A DNA stretch of 64,000 bases from Spongospora subterranea f. sp. subterranea (taxonomy: Eukaryota): the NCBI GenBank assembly GCA_049724395.1, contig JAUGWO010000101.1, positions 1 through 64,000 of the forward strand, read 5' to 3'. Below the pieces are notes generated by a model. The model saw only the letters and a list, made by a program, of their open reading frames with translations. It was not told the origin of the DNA and did not search any database. Position numbers and translations under genes: made by a program. Shown piece after piece: positions 24,072-35,933 of the stretch (position 1 is the stretch's first letter; every line of letters begins with the position of its first letter).

Positions 24072-24716
24072 AGAGATACGAGCAGAGCTCCGCATCGTGT
24101 TGCGGGATATGGAAGAGTGTTGATCTGACTATAGACACGTTTTGCGACCAGCTCAAGCAGTATGAAGAGCACCTGATTATCCGGTTCGGTTCCGGAAACC
24201 AAAGAAAGGCCAGAACAAGGAGGAAGATCAACTCTTGTTTGCTGGCGATCAGATGAAGGGTCAGCAAGAGGATGCGTGCGCGGCGATGTTACTTGTGTGG
24301 ACGTCGTGGACACCTAGCGAGGGACTGCCGTTCTAAGAAGCCGGATTACAAGAACGAGCAGGAGATGGCGCTATCCGTTGAGGAGGAGGATCGGTCTTCT
24401 TCCAATTTGTGTTTTATAGATTCTGGGGCGTCCAGGCATATGACCGGGTACAAGCACCTGATTCAAGACTATCGTGACCTGGACGAAAGCGTTGATATCT
24501 ACACTGCGAATGGCGCCAAGTTGTTCGGAGTTGGCGAAGGCAATGTGAAGGTCGGCCAGCTGACTATGAAGGATGTGCTGTATGTCCCGCAACTTAAGGC
24601 GACTTTGCTTTCGGTGACCGCGGCGACAAAAAGAGGCGCTCAGATCCGGTTCGGTCCGGACTGTTGTATCGTTACCAGTTAACTGCGGAGTTAGCCTGAT
24701 GGGTGAGCTCCGTGGC
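24072..24716 (+). pseudogene. Copia-4 gag/protease fragment
   Basis: Canonical knuckle CYLCGRRGHLARDC, FIDSGASRHM, DVLYVPQLKATLLSV. Confidence 0.88.
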
Positions 24717-24767
24717 TAGCAAGGCTGAGATCCGGACTTCGATTCTTAGATGATGAGATTTCTTGGT

Positions 24768-25367
24768 TGTTAGGAACTGCGCCCGAGATACACAGTTACC
24801 AACTGACCCAAAAGGTACTATGATGGCACAAGGCCATCATGACAGTATCCCCCTGTTTAGGAGCGACCCCCATGATCTTCCAGCCCCCGTGCGACTTCCT
24901 AGATTATCCTCTAACAGTATGATGGCTATCAAGGTCGCGTGTTCGATTCCTCTAATGTTCACAGCATTTTTGGGGTCGCTCGCGGCTTACATGTAACGGC
25001 ATGGGGGTTGCCTGATATACCTTTCGTGGGCTGACTTCCCCGCCTGACTGGATTGTTTCGTCTTCTACCTTCTCTCTCAACTGTGTTATCTCGTTTCTAT
25101 GCTCACCAGTCAGAGGATAATCTAGGAAGTCGCACGGGGGCTGGAAGGTCATGGGGGTCGCTCCTAAACAGGGGGGATACTGTCATGATCCAAAAGTCTT
25201 AGGTATATAAGGACCCGAGAAATGATGGCCTGGTGCCATCATAGTTCCTTTTGGGTCAGTTGGTAACTGTGTATCTCGGGCGCAGTTCCTAACAGTAAAA
25301 GGTACTATGATGGCACAAGGCCATCATTCTCGGGTCCTTATATACCTAAGACTTTTGGATCATGACA
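24768..25367. mobile_element. Internally inverted TRIM insertion with 5-bp TSD TTGGT
   Basis: Outer ends TGTTAGG...CATGACA; TTGGT at 24763-24767 and 25368-25372; the internal segment is in the opposite orientation. Confidence 0.85.
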
Positions 25368-25890
25368 TTGGTCAGTGATGCCCAAGAGGTCAAGCATACA
25401 CCTTTCTAAAAAGCTTTATCCCCTTAACGCACTAATCCGGGTAATCATGAAGTGCCGAGGAGAATAACCTCGTTAAAATAAATGGGTCTGACCACATGGC
25501 TCGGGTGAATGTGGAGGGTGAGCTGCTTGCAGTAAACTCGAAAAACTCTGGATAGACAATGTAATCGGGTGGGGGCAGGTCCCATTCGGTGTGGTCGTTA
25601 GGACAGGTTATGTTGCTTAATCCAGCTGGTTTAATAGGTTCCTTCAGTGGGTACCCAAGCTACTTGTAGCGGCCAGGCGGAAGTAGGGAAAAACCTGGTA
25701 GTACACAGGATTACCCGACCCATGTTGTTTTTTTTTTTGTTTGTGATTGAGTTCGGCATTTTGGTGCCAGGTTTGTAGAACCCGTATCTACTAAAGGGCC
25801 AAGACGAATCTTGGTGTCAAAGCTCAAATGCCAGACATAAGTACCTTCGCTGAATGTTCTGCAGTCTGACCGACATTGTGATAGTGTGAG
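25368..25890 (-). pseudogene. Degenerate retroviral-type aspartic protease fragment (Gypsy-like)
   Basis: LVDTGST motif in ORF 25711-25947; little other support. Confidence 0.45.
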
Positions 25891-26039
25891 GGTTACCCGA
25901 CCCATAAGAACCCGCGAACCTTTGTATACCATACCATACCATACCATACCATTGTATCGTTACCCTGAACGGTAAAGAAATCAAAATTGGCCAGCGACAA
26001 GGAAAGAGCTATGCTCTGAAGGCGAATGTTCCAAAGAAG

Positions 26040-26981
26040 GTGGATGTTCCAAAGAAGATGGCTGTGATCAAAAGAGAGCTTTTGCATAAACGATATGGAC
26101 ATTTGAACTATGCCGCGCTGGAGAATATGGTTCGAGAAGGAGCTGTTTCTGGAATCCAGCTCACTGGGGCAAGCCCGATGTGTGCGAGAGCTGCGTTTCT
26201 GCGAAGCTATCCCAGTCTTCTTTCCCTATGAGGTCGTGTTCTCGGGAAACGACTGCTGTCAACGATCTGATCCATTCTGACGTTGTCGGGCCGATGTCTA
26301 CGCAATCATTCGGCGGTAAGAGGTACGTCGTCTTCTTCATTGGCGACTACTCCAGATATGCTACGGCTTATTTTCTGGAGACGAAAGCAAAGGTATTCGA
26401 GGCCTTCAAGGACTACAAAAAGATGGTGGAGACAGAACACCGAAGGTCTATTCGACGATTTCGTTCTGATAATGGCGGCGAGTATACGTCTACCGCGTTC
26501 AAGAAATTTCTGAGGAGATCCGGTATCAAGCAGGAGCTGACTGTGGCGAGAAGGCCGCAGCAGAATGGAGTCGCGGAGCGGTATAACCGGACAGTGATCG
26601 AGATGGCCCGATCAATGCTGCTGTCTTCTGGATTACCAAGACAGTACTGGGCGGAAGCAGTCCAGACTGCGGTGTTTAATCGGAATCGCTGTTGGACGTC
26701 AAGCATACCGAAGGGCAAGACCCCTTATGAGTTCTGGACGGGCCGGAAACCAAACATACGGTTTCTACGAGTCTTCGGCTGTATGGTCTGGTACAAGGTG
26801 GACCAATTCGGCAAATTTGATCAAACGAGCTCGTCGAGGGACGTTTATTGGGTATCCTTCTAACAAGAAAGGCTACCGGATTATGGATCTAATAACAAAG
26901 AAAGTCGTGGTCAGCCGAGACGTGGTGTTCGAAGAGGTCGAACGGCGTCACGAGATTGACCACGACTTTCTTTGTTATTAG
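26040..26981 (+). pseudogene. Copia-4 integrase fragment
   Basis: LLHKRYGHLN, CESC, IHSDVVGP, FRSDNGGEY, QNGVAERYNRT, SRDVVFEE; frameshifted. Confidence 0.9.
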
Positions 26982-28689
26982 ATCCATAATCCGGTAGCCT
27001 TTCTTGTTAGAAGGATACCCAATAAACGTCCCTCGAGATCGACCGGGTGATTGGCTGTGCTGGAATTGGCCGTTCCGATAATCGAGACACCAAAGGTTGC
27101 CGAAGTTGCAAACAGTGGGTTCAGAAAGATAATTTGTGGGCAGAATATTGAAACTTTTAGGGAAATAGAGACTGAACTTGACACGATCGATACGAAAAAG
27201 AATCTATTCAAACCGACAACCTTCATCAGCGCGCTAACTGGTGCTTTATTATAGTGAAGTGCTTGTCTTCTTGAATACCTGAAAGTCAGGTGGTATCGCT
27301 CGCTCATGGCAGTTGAAAATCGGTTGAACTACAGAGTTCAAATTTGTCAGTAGGCGATCGCGACTGGGCATGACAAAAGTCTCGAACCGATACTATCTGG
27401 CAAAATGGGGTTCGCGCACGAAAACGATATCCCCATTATGAGTTGGGCAGTTCCCAAAAATTCAGGCGCTCAATCTCTTTCCAGTTTGCCCAGAAGTTTT
27501 TTCCGCCCCTATTTATAAAACTGTAATTTTTTCTGGTATATGTCTTGCTGGATTGAAAGACACACTGCTGTTTCCTACTTTGCGAGGGGCCAGAGCTCTG
27601 GTCTTTGCTACAGTACAAGCCCGTTTGCCATTGCGGGAATGGTTCTGAGTTACATGCAATGATGGTTTTCAATTGCATTTGCACGATCCGTTCTTTGAAT
27701 GGTGATTTTTTTGTTTTATTCTTCCAAATGTTTTTCCCAAAAATGGTCTCGCTGTAAAAATGATAGCCGACTGGTCGGCAACAGCAATCGCCTCCGCCCA
27801 AATGGTATGAACATCCTCCCCAATCCAAGACGGTTCTCGGTCCATCGTGGGTTTGGGGTTTGGCGTTCAAGCCATCACCAGTTCCCTTTCAGAATTCTGG
27901 ATTCCATTTTGAAAAGCGTTCAAGGTAGCAAGCAAATTCTCAAGGAATATATTGTCTCCAAGACGACATGAAAGGTTTTTATCGACGGGGTGATCATGTG
28001 CTGCAATCGGAAATGCGGTTTGGGATCAGTGTTTTCCTAATGTCATATTGCATTTCCACCAAATATTTTACTACTACATTAATTCAACTGATATTAACTG
28101 GCAATTGCTTTTTTTATCGCTCAAGTAATGCACACAATTATGAAGAATTATCATCAATACGATATCAGAGACTGTTGGTGTTAATCATCATCATAGTTTA
28201 TATACTGTATATCATTAGCATTGCCAACATAAACTATCCAGATCGAACAATCCTATTGAGTCAATACCCATTGAACTCCGACAACAGGAGATTTTCAATG
28301 ACAGAATTCGTCAATGAGGTTGTAGTTATGGGACAGAGTGATGAGTCAATAATCAATTATGTCGAGATTGTAATTTTTGATCAAAATAATTAAAAACAAT
28401 CTCCAGGAACTTATCCAGAACAGTTTTCGGGACAGGTCACGAGGCGATATTCGCAATGACAAAGGGTGATGTCTTTAAAGACTCTCGGTGCATCTCCATG
28501 ATCATATATTGGGTTGTTGACCGTTATTGGCCCCAATCACTGTCAAAAAATACGCATTAGGTCGTAGATTTTCTTTCATGCCGATAATGAATAGAACTTT
28601 TACAAAATCCAAAGGTGAATTTATATCAATTTGTGCTATCTGTGAGTGAAAAACGACATCTGAAAATACTCTAATCGCAACGATGTCAC

Positions 28690-29080
28690 TTGAACATGTT
28701 ATTTAACCTGTATTATATTATCAGCGAAATTTTGACAGTACTTAAATGTTGCGACATACCTGAGCCATCCTCTAAAGATCATTTTCGGAGGTCGGAGGAA
28801 CGAGTCCACGAGCACTGTCTTGTCGGACACAGCAAAAACGGTCAAAGGTGACAATTACCATCGCCAAAAATATCTGGATTCCGATTGCCAAAATTGCTCC
28901 CCCGATTTATGCTTGTTTTGATATTATCACCGCTCCAGTAATAAGGAGTGCGACTCCAAGAATGAATACCACAATCGCAACGGGTTTAAACCGCATATAG
29001 GCAATTGCGAATTTCGGTCGGTGAGGCGCTGTGTTCAACCGCAAAAGAGCTTATTTTTCGGGATTCTGGTCCATCGGTTT
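28690..29080 (-). pseudogene. Degenerate inverted copy of the 30226-30651 gene
   Basis: Reverse-complement homology with loss of the start region and indels. Confidence 0.65.
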
Positions 29081-30225
29081 GACGTTGCTGGATGAGCTGT
29101 TGGATGCGAATATATTTTGCAGAATTTCGCGATGGCGTCGACGATTGTTTTACCATTTTGATGGGCGGATGGTACAGTATGTAATACACTAGGGAGACAT
29201 GTCGGACATCAATCATGACGGGCCATCTAAATATCCAACAACTGCAGCAACTTTCACCCAACTAACGCCCGTTTTTGGGTTTCTTCCGAATGATTCGTGC
29301 TACGTTCTTGTCTTTGAGAAGTGAGTGCGGTACTGGTAAGTGGAGGATTAGCACCTTAACGTGGCGTCAACACGGCAGAGAGATTGGCTATTTCCTATAT
29401 AACGTTGGCCAGAATGCGTCCAACCAAAGTGCCCAAGAGCGATTTTTTTTCAGTGACGCAGGTTGAAGAGTTATTCCGCGTTTTTCGGCCTGTTGAACAT
29501 CGTGAGATCGACTCTGCTCATTACAGATATGATCTCCTTTCATTTCGTTGCCCCAATTCTCTGAGACAATATCGTACACCATGGAAAGGTGTCAGGCAAT
29601 CTTTGGGTAGCCCATAACCGGCGTCCACAAGGTAGGAGTTGTCATGTAAGATAACGAAAGATCCATCTGGCACTGTTGACAACAGCACTTTCTGCGGCAG
29701 ATCCCTCCTGGAGAGATGGCAGGGTGGCGCAATCGCCAGAAACGATCAATACGTAGAGCATCATCGACAATTGCGTTGAAGAGTCTTGACAACGAGTCAA
29801 TATTGTTATGACCTTGTGGCCAACAGATTCTTTTACCTGTTAATCGGTTCTCCCGAGTGTTGGAACCGTTCTTGGGCACTTTGGTTGGACGCATTCTGGC
29901 CAACGTTATATAGGAAATAGCCAATCTCTCTGCCGTGTTGACGCCACGTTAAGGTGCTAATCCTCCACTTACCAGTATCGCACTCACTTCTCAAAGACAA
30001 GAACGTAGCACGAATCATTCGGAAGAAACCCAAAAACGGGCGTTAGTTGGGTGAAAGTTGCAGCAGTTGTTGGATATATAGATGGCCCGTCATGATTGAT
30101 GTCCGACATGTCTCCCTAGTGTATTACATACTGAACCATCCGTCCATCAAAATGGTAAAACAATCGTCGACGCCGTCGCGGAATTTTGCAGAATATATTC
30201 GCATCCAACAGCTCATCCAACAAAA

Positions 30226-30651
30226 ATGTCTGGGCCCTTCAGTCGGAATTACAATAATCTCAGCTTCGTCAAACCGATGGACCGGAATCCCGAAAAATAC
30301 GCTCTTTTGTGGTTGAACACAACGCCTCACCGACCGAAATTCACAATTGTCTATATGCGGTTTAATCACGTTGCGATTGTGGTATTCATTCTTGGAGTCG
30401 CACTCCTTATTACTGGAGCGGTGATAATATCGGAAGAAGCATTCATCGGGGGAGCAATTTTGACAGCGGGAATCCAGATATTGTTGGCGATGGCAATTGT
30501 CAACTTTCACCTTCTTCCTTGTGTCCGACAAGACAGTGCTGGTGGACTCGTTCCTCCGACCTCCGAAAATGATTATCAGAGGATGGCTCAGGTATGTCGA
30601 AACAACAACCACTGTCAGAATTTCGCTGATATTAAAACACAGGTTGAATAA
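30226..30651 (+). CDS. Hypothetical small membrane protein (141 aa, two hydrophobic segments)
   Basis: ATG-initiated ORF with hydrophobic stretches VAIVVFILGVALLITGAVII and AFIGGAILTAGIQILLAMAIV. Confidence 0.6.
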   Translation: MSGPFSRNYNNLSFVKPMDRNPEKYALLWLNTTPHRPKFTIVYMRFNHVAIVVFILGVALLITGAVIISEEAFIGGAILTAGIQILLAMAIVNFHLLPCVRQDSAGGLVPPTSENDYQRMAQVCRNNNHCQNFADIKTQVE

Positions 30652-33600
30652 CATGTTCAAATGACATGGTTGCGATTAGAGTATTTTCAGATGTCGTTTT
30701 TCACTTTCAGATAGCACAAATTTATATAATCACCTTTGAGATTTTGTCCTGCTCGCTCTTTTTTCGTAGGACAAAAACCTGTTCTTGGGGGTCTCTCTGA
30801 CTGTCAAGACAAATAACCAATTCTCGAGCAAGGTCATATGTCACTATTGCAAAAGTGCTATTCATTGTCGGCATGAAAGAAATCCACGACCTAATGCGTA
30901 TTTAGCGAGTGATTGGGCCAATAACGGTCAACAACCCAATATATGATCATGGAGATGCACCGACCGTCCTTAGTGACATCACCCTTTGTCATTGCAAATA
31001 TCGCCTCTTGACCTGTCCCGAAAACTGTTCTGGAATAGTTCTTGGAGATTGGGTTTAATTATTCCCAATCAAATATTTCAATTTCCACATTACATTATTG
31101 ACTCTGCACTCTGTCCCATAATTCTAATCTCATTGACGAATTCTGTAGCTTTGAAAATCTATCTGTTGTCAGGGTTTACTGTTATCAGGTCAATAGGGGT
31201 GTTCGATCTGGATAGTTTATGTTGGCAATGCTAATGATATACAGTATATAAACTATGATGATGATCTCTGATATCGTACTGATGATAATTCTTGATAATT
31301 GTGTGCATTACTTGAGCGACTATCTGACTATAAGAATATTACCTGCTCATATCAGTTGAATTAATCTGATCAAGACACAGCGAAAACGTACAGATCTTCG
31401 ACAACCGATGATCTATCAAGTGAAGAAGCCCCGAGCCAAAACACCCTAGCGGTTGACTGCAGCATCATAGCAAAGTTATTTGATATCGAAAGGCAGCGAC
31501 ATTATCGGGTAGGGCGGCATCCACTGCTACCGTTATTATGGAATGAATTGTATTGATATAATCCATTGGCTGCATCGGTCAATATTCGATGCACAATTCT
31601 ATTGTTGCCGCGCTCTATTTTTTTGGCACAGCTCGCGCATGTCGACAATGCTCCTCTCGTGACGACGATCTGCACAGAAATACCCATTGGATATATTTTT
31701 TGTTCTTTCTTCTTTGCAGGCAGCAACTTCGCCTTTATTGTTTCCGTCGTTTAAACGGGAGTTGATGTACGACGGTGCCGCTTGGACGGTTTGGTCTGAC
31801 ATTTACTTGATTGATCATCGCTCGACGACGATGAATAGGTATTGGCAATGTCTCGATTGGCTCGAGGATACCAGATGTGCGAGGTATGTCGTCTGTTGAT
31901 ATTCCGGCAATGAATGCCATCGTAGGACTGGTCTCGTCATCCCGTCGAAATATAAAGGTCGGTCGATCACGAACATGTGGCCTGAGATGTGGGTTTTGTG
32001 GTTGATAGAATATATCAAAGCGGCCAGGACGTACTCCTTATCCCCGACAAGAATGTTTCGAACGGGCTATCGTGTCATCTGTGAACCGTCACTATCGCCA
32101 ACAGGACACCCGAGGTGTAGTTGTACTGGATACGAAATGATATTTCGGGAAAGGTCATAACGGGTCCCCGCGCTGCGAAATTTCTCGCCGATTTCGGTGA
32201 GGTCTTGGCTGAGAAAGGGCTGTGCTCCATGGGTTTGTCGGCTACGTGGTCTTCTGTGGCTATCATTTCACATGGCGCATTGTGCTCGCTGAACAAAACT
32301 TCCAAAGCTTCCTGCGTAAACCGATTGCAGTATGCGGGTGGATGTACTTGAGTGTAGAGTTTTCCAACGCCACCGCTATCAGGCTGCCGGGAAACCGACG
32401 ATAACTACATGAGGAACGGGGCAGAAATCTGATCCACATTGCGGTTCGACGGACGTCTTGAAACTGAATAAAGCAGGGCATCGATCACAGAGATTGGTTT
32501 ATACTGAGCCATACGGGTCGTGTTCGCCAGGTAGTGCACCAGATCAATCGAGCCCGCTCATACTCAGTCGCCTCTAATAACACCATAACTTCCCCAAAGT
32601 GATCGATGTCTGCAACCTTTGACAGCCCGCCGTATTTATAAAGAACTATAATAGCCATCAGGCCAGTATCCATCGCGCACGTGTTAATGGCCTTTGATCC
32701 TTGATAAGCGAAGCTCCAGGGAATCCCGAATGTTTCATGATCCATGTCGGAAGCGATGCCTGGCTGCAAGTTCCGTGCCCCCTTGGGTCGGCCGACACGC
32801 TTTGTGCACATGATCAGTTGTATCTGGAGGACGACCATCATTGACATAAATTGTCTTCCTCGACACAGGCCGAAGTGGCATTCCCTGTAAGGCCATGGAA
32901 TAATCCGATTCGACCTGTTTCACGTATCGGTAGAAATGATCCAAACACTCAGCGATGGACAGCGAAGCTTTCGGAGCACTGGATTGAAAGTCGCCGCCGA
33001 TACTCTTTCGCTTGACGCGGCGATTGCGGAACCCCTTCGTTAACGATGTTTACCGAGCGACAAATCAGTCACCATCCAGGTTCAGACACCCTAGCGATGT
33101 CTGCTCAACGACAATAATCAATGGCGCTACAGCACAAAACAACCAACTCACCTCAAGCACAGATGGACAATACCTTCTTGATCCGGAAGACGTCCTCCTG
33201 AGAGTTGCCTCAGAATCTGCTTGTTGGGGTTGAACTGTTGATGCCACGCCCCGACAATCAATTACTTTACATGATCATGAAAGCGAGTGGAAGCCTTTAT
33301 CAGGAAGGGAATCATGGTCGAAATGTGATCATTCCGGTGAGCATTATTTAAACGTCACGTGGGATGACCAGATGTTCAAATGTTTTTTGGGTTGCCTCGG
33401 GGTCAAATTGATATCGCAGGGGAGAAGTTTCCACTTTAAAACATTGACCGTTGGACATTTCAATATTTGCAATCTAAGTTGTAGAGGCAGCGAGACTTAC
33501 ACAGACAAAGTGTGACTTCTTTATTGGATCTTCTGTGACAACATTTACCCAAAAAACCTCACCATTTCCTGTTGATATGGAGTCGTATTATATTACCAAC

Positions 33601-34904
33601 ATCTCCAATTCGCCAATATTATCTGAGCATAAGAAAGGCAATCACCTGCTAATATTAGTTGAATTGATCTTCCTTGTCCTTGTTCAGGTACAGTAAAATA
33701 TTATCTAAATGGGAAAACACTGATCCGAGACCGCATATCCTATTGCAGCACATGGTCATGAGGTCGATCAAAACCTTTCGTGACGTCCTGGAGACAATAT
33801 CATTTTTCGGGAATCTAAACAATATTGATTCAATATATTCAGGTTCTTGGTATTATATCACTGGGATTGCTTGCTACCTTGAACGTTTTTAGGATAGGGT
33901 TCAAAATTCCTGAAGGGGAACCGTTGATGGGCTTGAGCGTCGAATTCCAAAACCACGATGACCCTCAAAACCGTTTTTAATTTGTGATTTATGATGAAGC
34001 GGTCAGAGAGTAGTATCAAACCGTCGAAAACCCTAGAGAATCCAATTAGGATAATCATTCAAGAGGACTGTTGCAGAGTATCAGAGTATCAGTCGAACGC
34101 CAAATACAGTAGCTGGTTGACCTTGGCCACTGTATTTCCCCTCAATTACAGTGAGATTGCAGTTAACCCTCATTAATTAACCAGGTAAACTACATCGTGC
34201 TGGTTCTATACCGATCAGTTTGCAAAGAAATCGTCAATCGTTTCGCAACGCTGCCGCGCTGCATTATCTTAAAGATCTGATTTAAATTAATGGTCAGCAC
34301 AAGATTGAGCTTCTGTCACAATTACACATTTACCAGTAAAACGAAATAACTTGAACGTTTAAGAGCAAACTGTGTCAAACGATTTTCTGTATGGTGACAA
34401 TCATACTTCGAGGGTTTTCGTTCGGCTATGTTGATACTGAGGGCGATTGGCTCTATCAAATCAAAGGATTTGTTGGTAGAGAGGGTATGATCATATTCTA
34501 ACAGGCAAAGTGTAGGTAATATGGTCGATATGGGGTATATCTCTATAGGACAAGGGCAGACCCCAATATTGCACACAGGTTTGAGAGTACCCCCCTCTGT
34601 AATAAAAAAATTCAATATTCTAATCGCCATCAGCAAATTTGATCGATAAACCACAGAGTTGGCATGTCTATGGGTCTTAGAATTGTGTCCATCAACAGGA
34701 CCCCTGTACATGATCGAGTATGATATGGAGATAGAATCTTGTTTGCTGGGGTTCATTTTGGGCACTGGATTGGAGCCTCATCGGCGTTCAGAATAAAATA
34801 CATGAAGGACAGCGCGATTCGGGTGACGGTCATGGAAATTGTTTGTCGTAAATGTGGAATTGACAATCGGGGTTGATCAAGTTAACGGCAGCAATTATAT
34901 CCGT

Positions 34905-35328
34905 TTATTGGCGTCCAAACAAGTAATACACAGTTCCGCTGACCAATATCAGACCAAATACAGCAACAGCGGCCAAGATAACAATCATGTGTTCCTTGAA
35001 GAACGAGTGATCATCGGTTGTGGGTGGAATGACTTCACCATCAGGACCAGATTCCTTGACCTTGTCCTCTTCTGTAGGAACAACAGGGGCGTTTGTAATC
35101 TCTTGAACTTGTTCAACTACAGTCTGTATAACATGATTGGTGTTGTCAGGCTGTGGTCCTGGTCAATGATATTAAAGCGATGACGACCATTGAGCGACAG
35201 TAATCCTTCCTACCTTCGTTATTCACTGGAAGTGGTTCCTCACTCGATGATGAGGACACATCAGGACCAGTACCCGAGGCCGATAGAACGAGGGCGATCG
35301 AGGATAGGAGCAGAACTAGCTTCATCAT
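34905..35328 (-). CDS. Small type I membrane protein (signal peptide, acidic/Pro-Thr ectodomain, C-terminal TM), two exons
   Basis: MMKLVLLLSSIALVLSA. A GT-AG intron at 35159-35213 restores the frame through ...MIVILAAVAVFGLILVSGTVYYLFGRQ*. Confidence 0.8.
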
Positions 35329-35933
35329 GATGAATGGGTTAGGATTGGATTGTAGATGAGGGTTTGGAAATTAATTGATAATTAGAAATATGACCAACCT
35401 GTACTGAATTAACACGCCTTTATAGGATCGTCGGATATCGTGGATTGACCGGAAGCGGAATGTGATCGTCATGACAGATAGTGACAGGTCAATTCCGGTC
35501 AGGATATGGCTCATTTGATTGTCTGGCGGATCATTGCCCATGATTAATGTCCATCAACGGTTCCATGTGCCGATTGAATCTAATATATCAATTGCTCATG
35601 TTAAAGACCATATAAAGTCCACGACAATCGGTCGACCTGATCGAAATGCATCGCCGATAGAACTAACAATCCACAAAAGACGGAATTTACCAGTGCCACG
35701 AATCACGTCCAAAAATCCAGTTCCCAAACAGTTTTGGATCATGAGAAGGAATAAATGACATGGTGTAAAACCCATTATTTCGCGCTGATGATCGACAATC
35801 TACTTGGAGATATAGATGGAGTTGACTCCTTCTGATCTCAATGATTCATTGGCACGTGCTAGTATCTGAGCCATCAAATAGGGGCGGATCGGATCGTTAT
35901 CTTTGATCGTATCGGAGGGATCTGTGGGGATCG

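Larger units (their letters stand above)
27835..33965. repeat. Large inverted duplication: left arm ~27835-29438; right arm 29870-31367 plus 33644-33965
   Basis: Reverse-complement matches, near-identical close to the 29439-29869 spacer and more diverged outward. Confidence 0.88.

Noticed and set aside
25927..25952. (ACCAT)n tract
   Set aside because: Ordinary short microsatellite, not telomeric in context.
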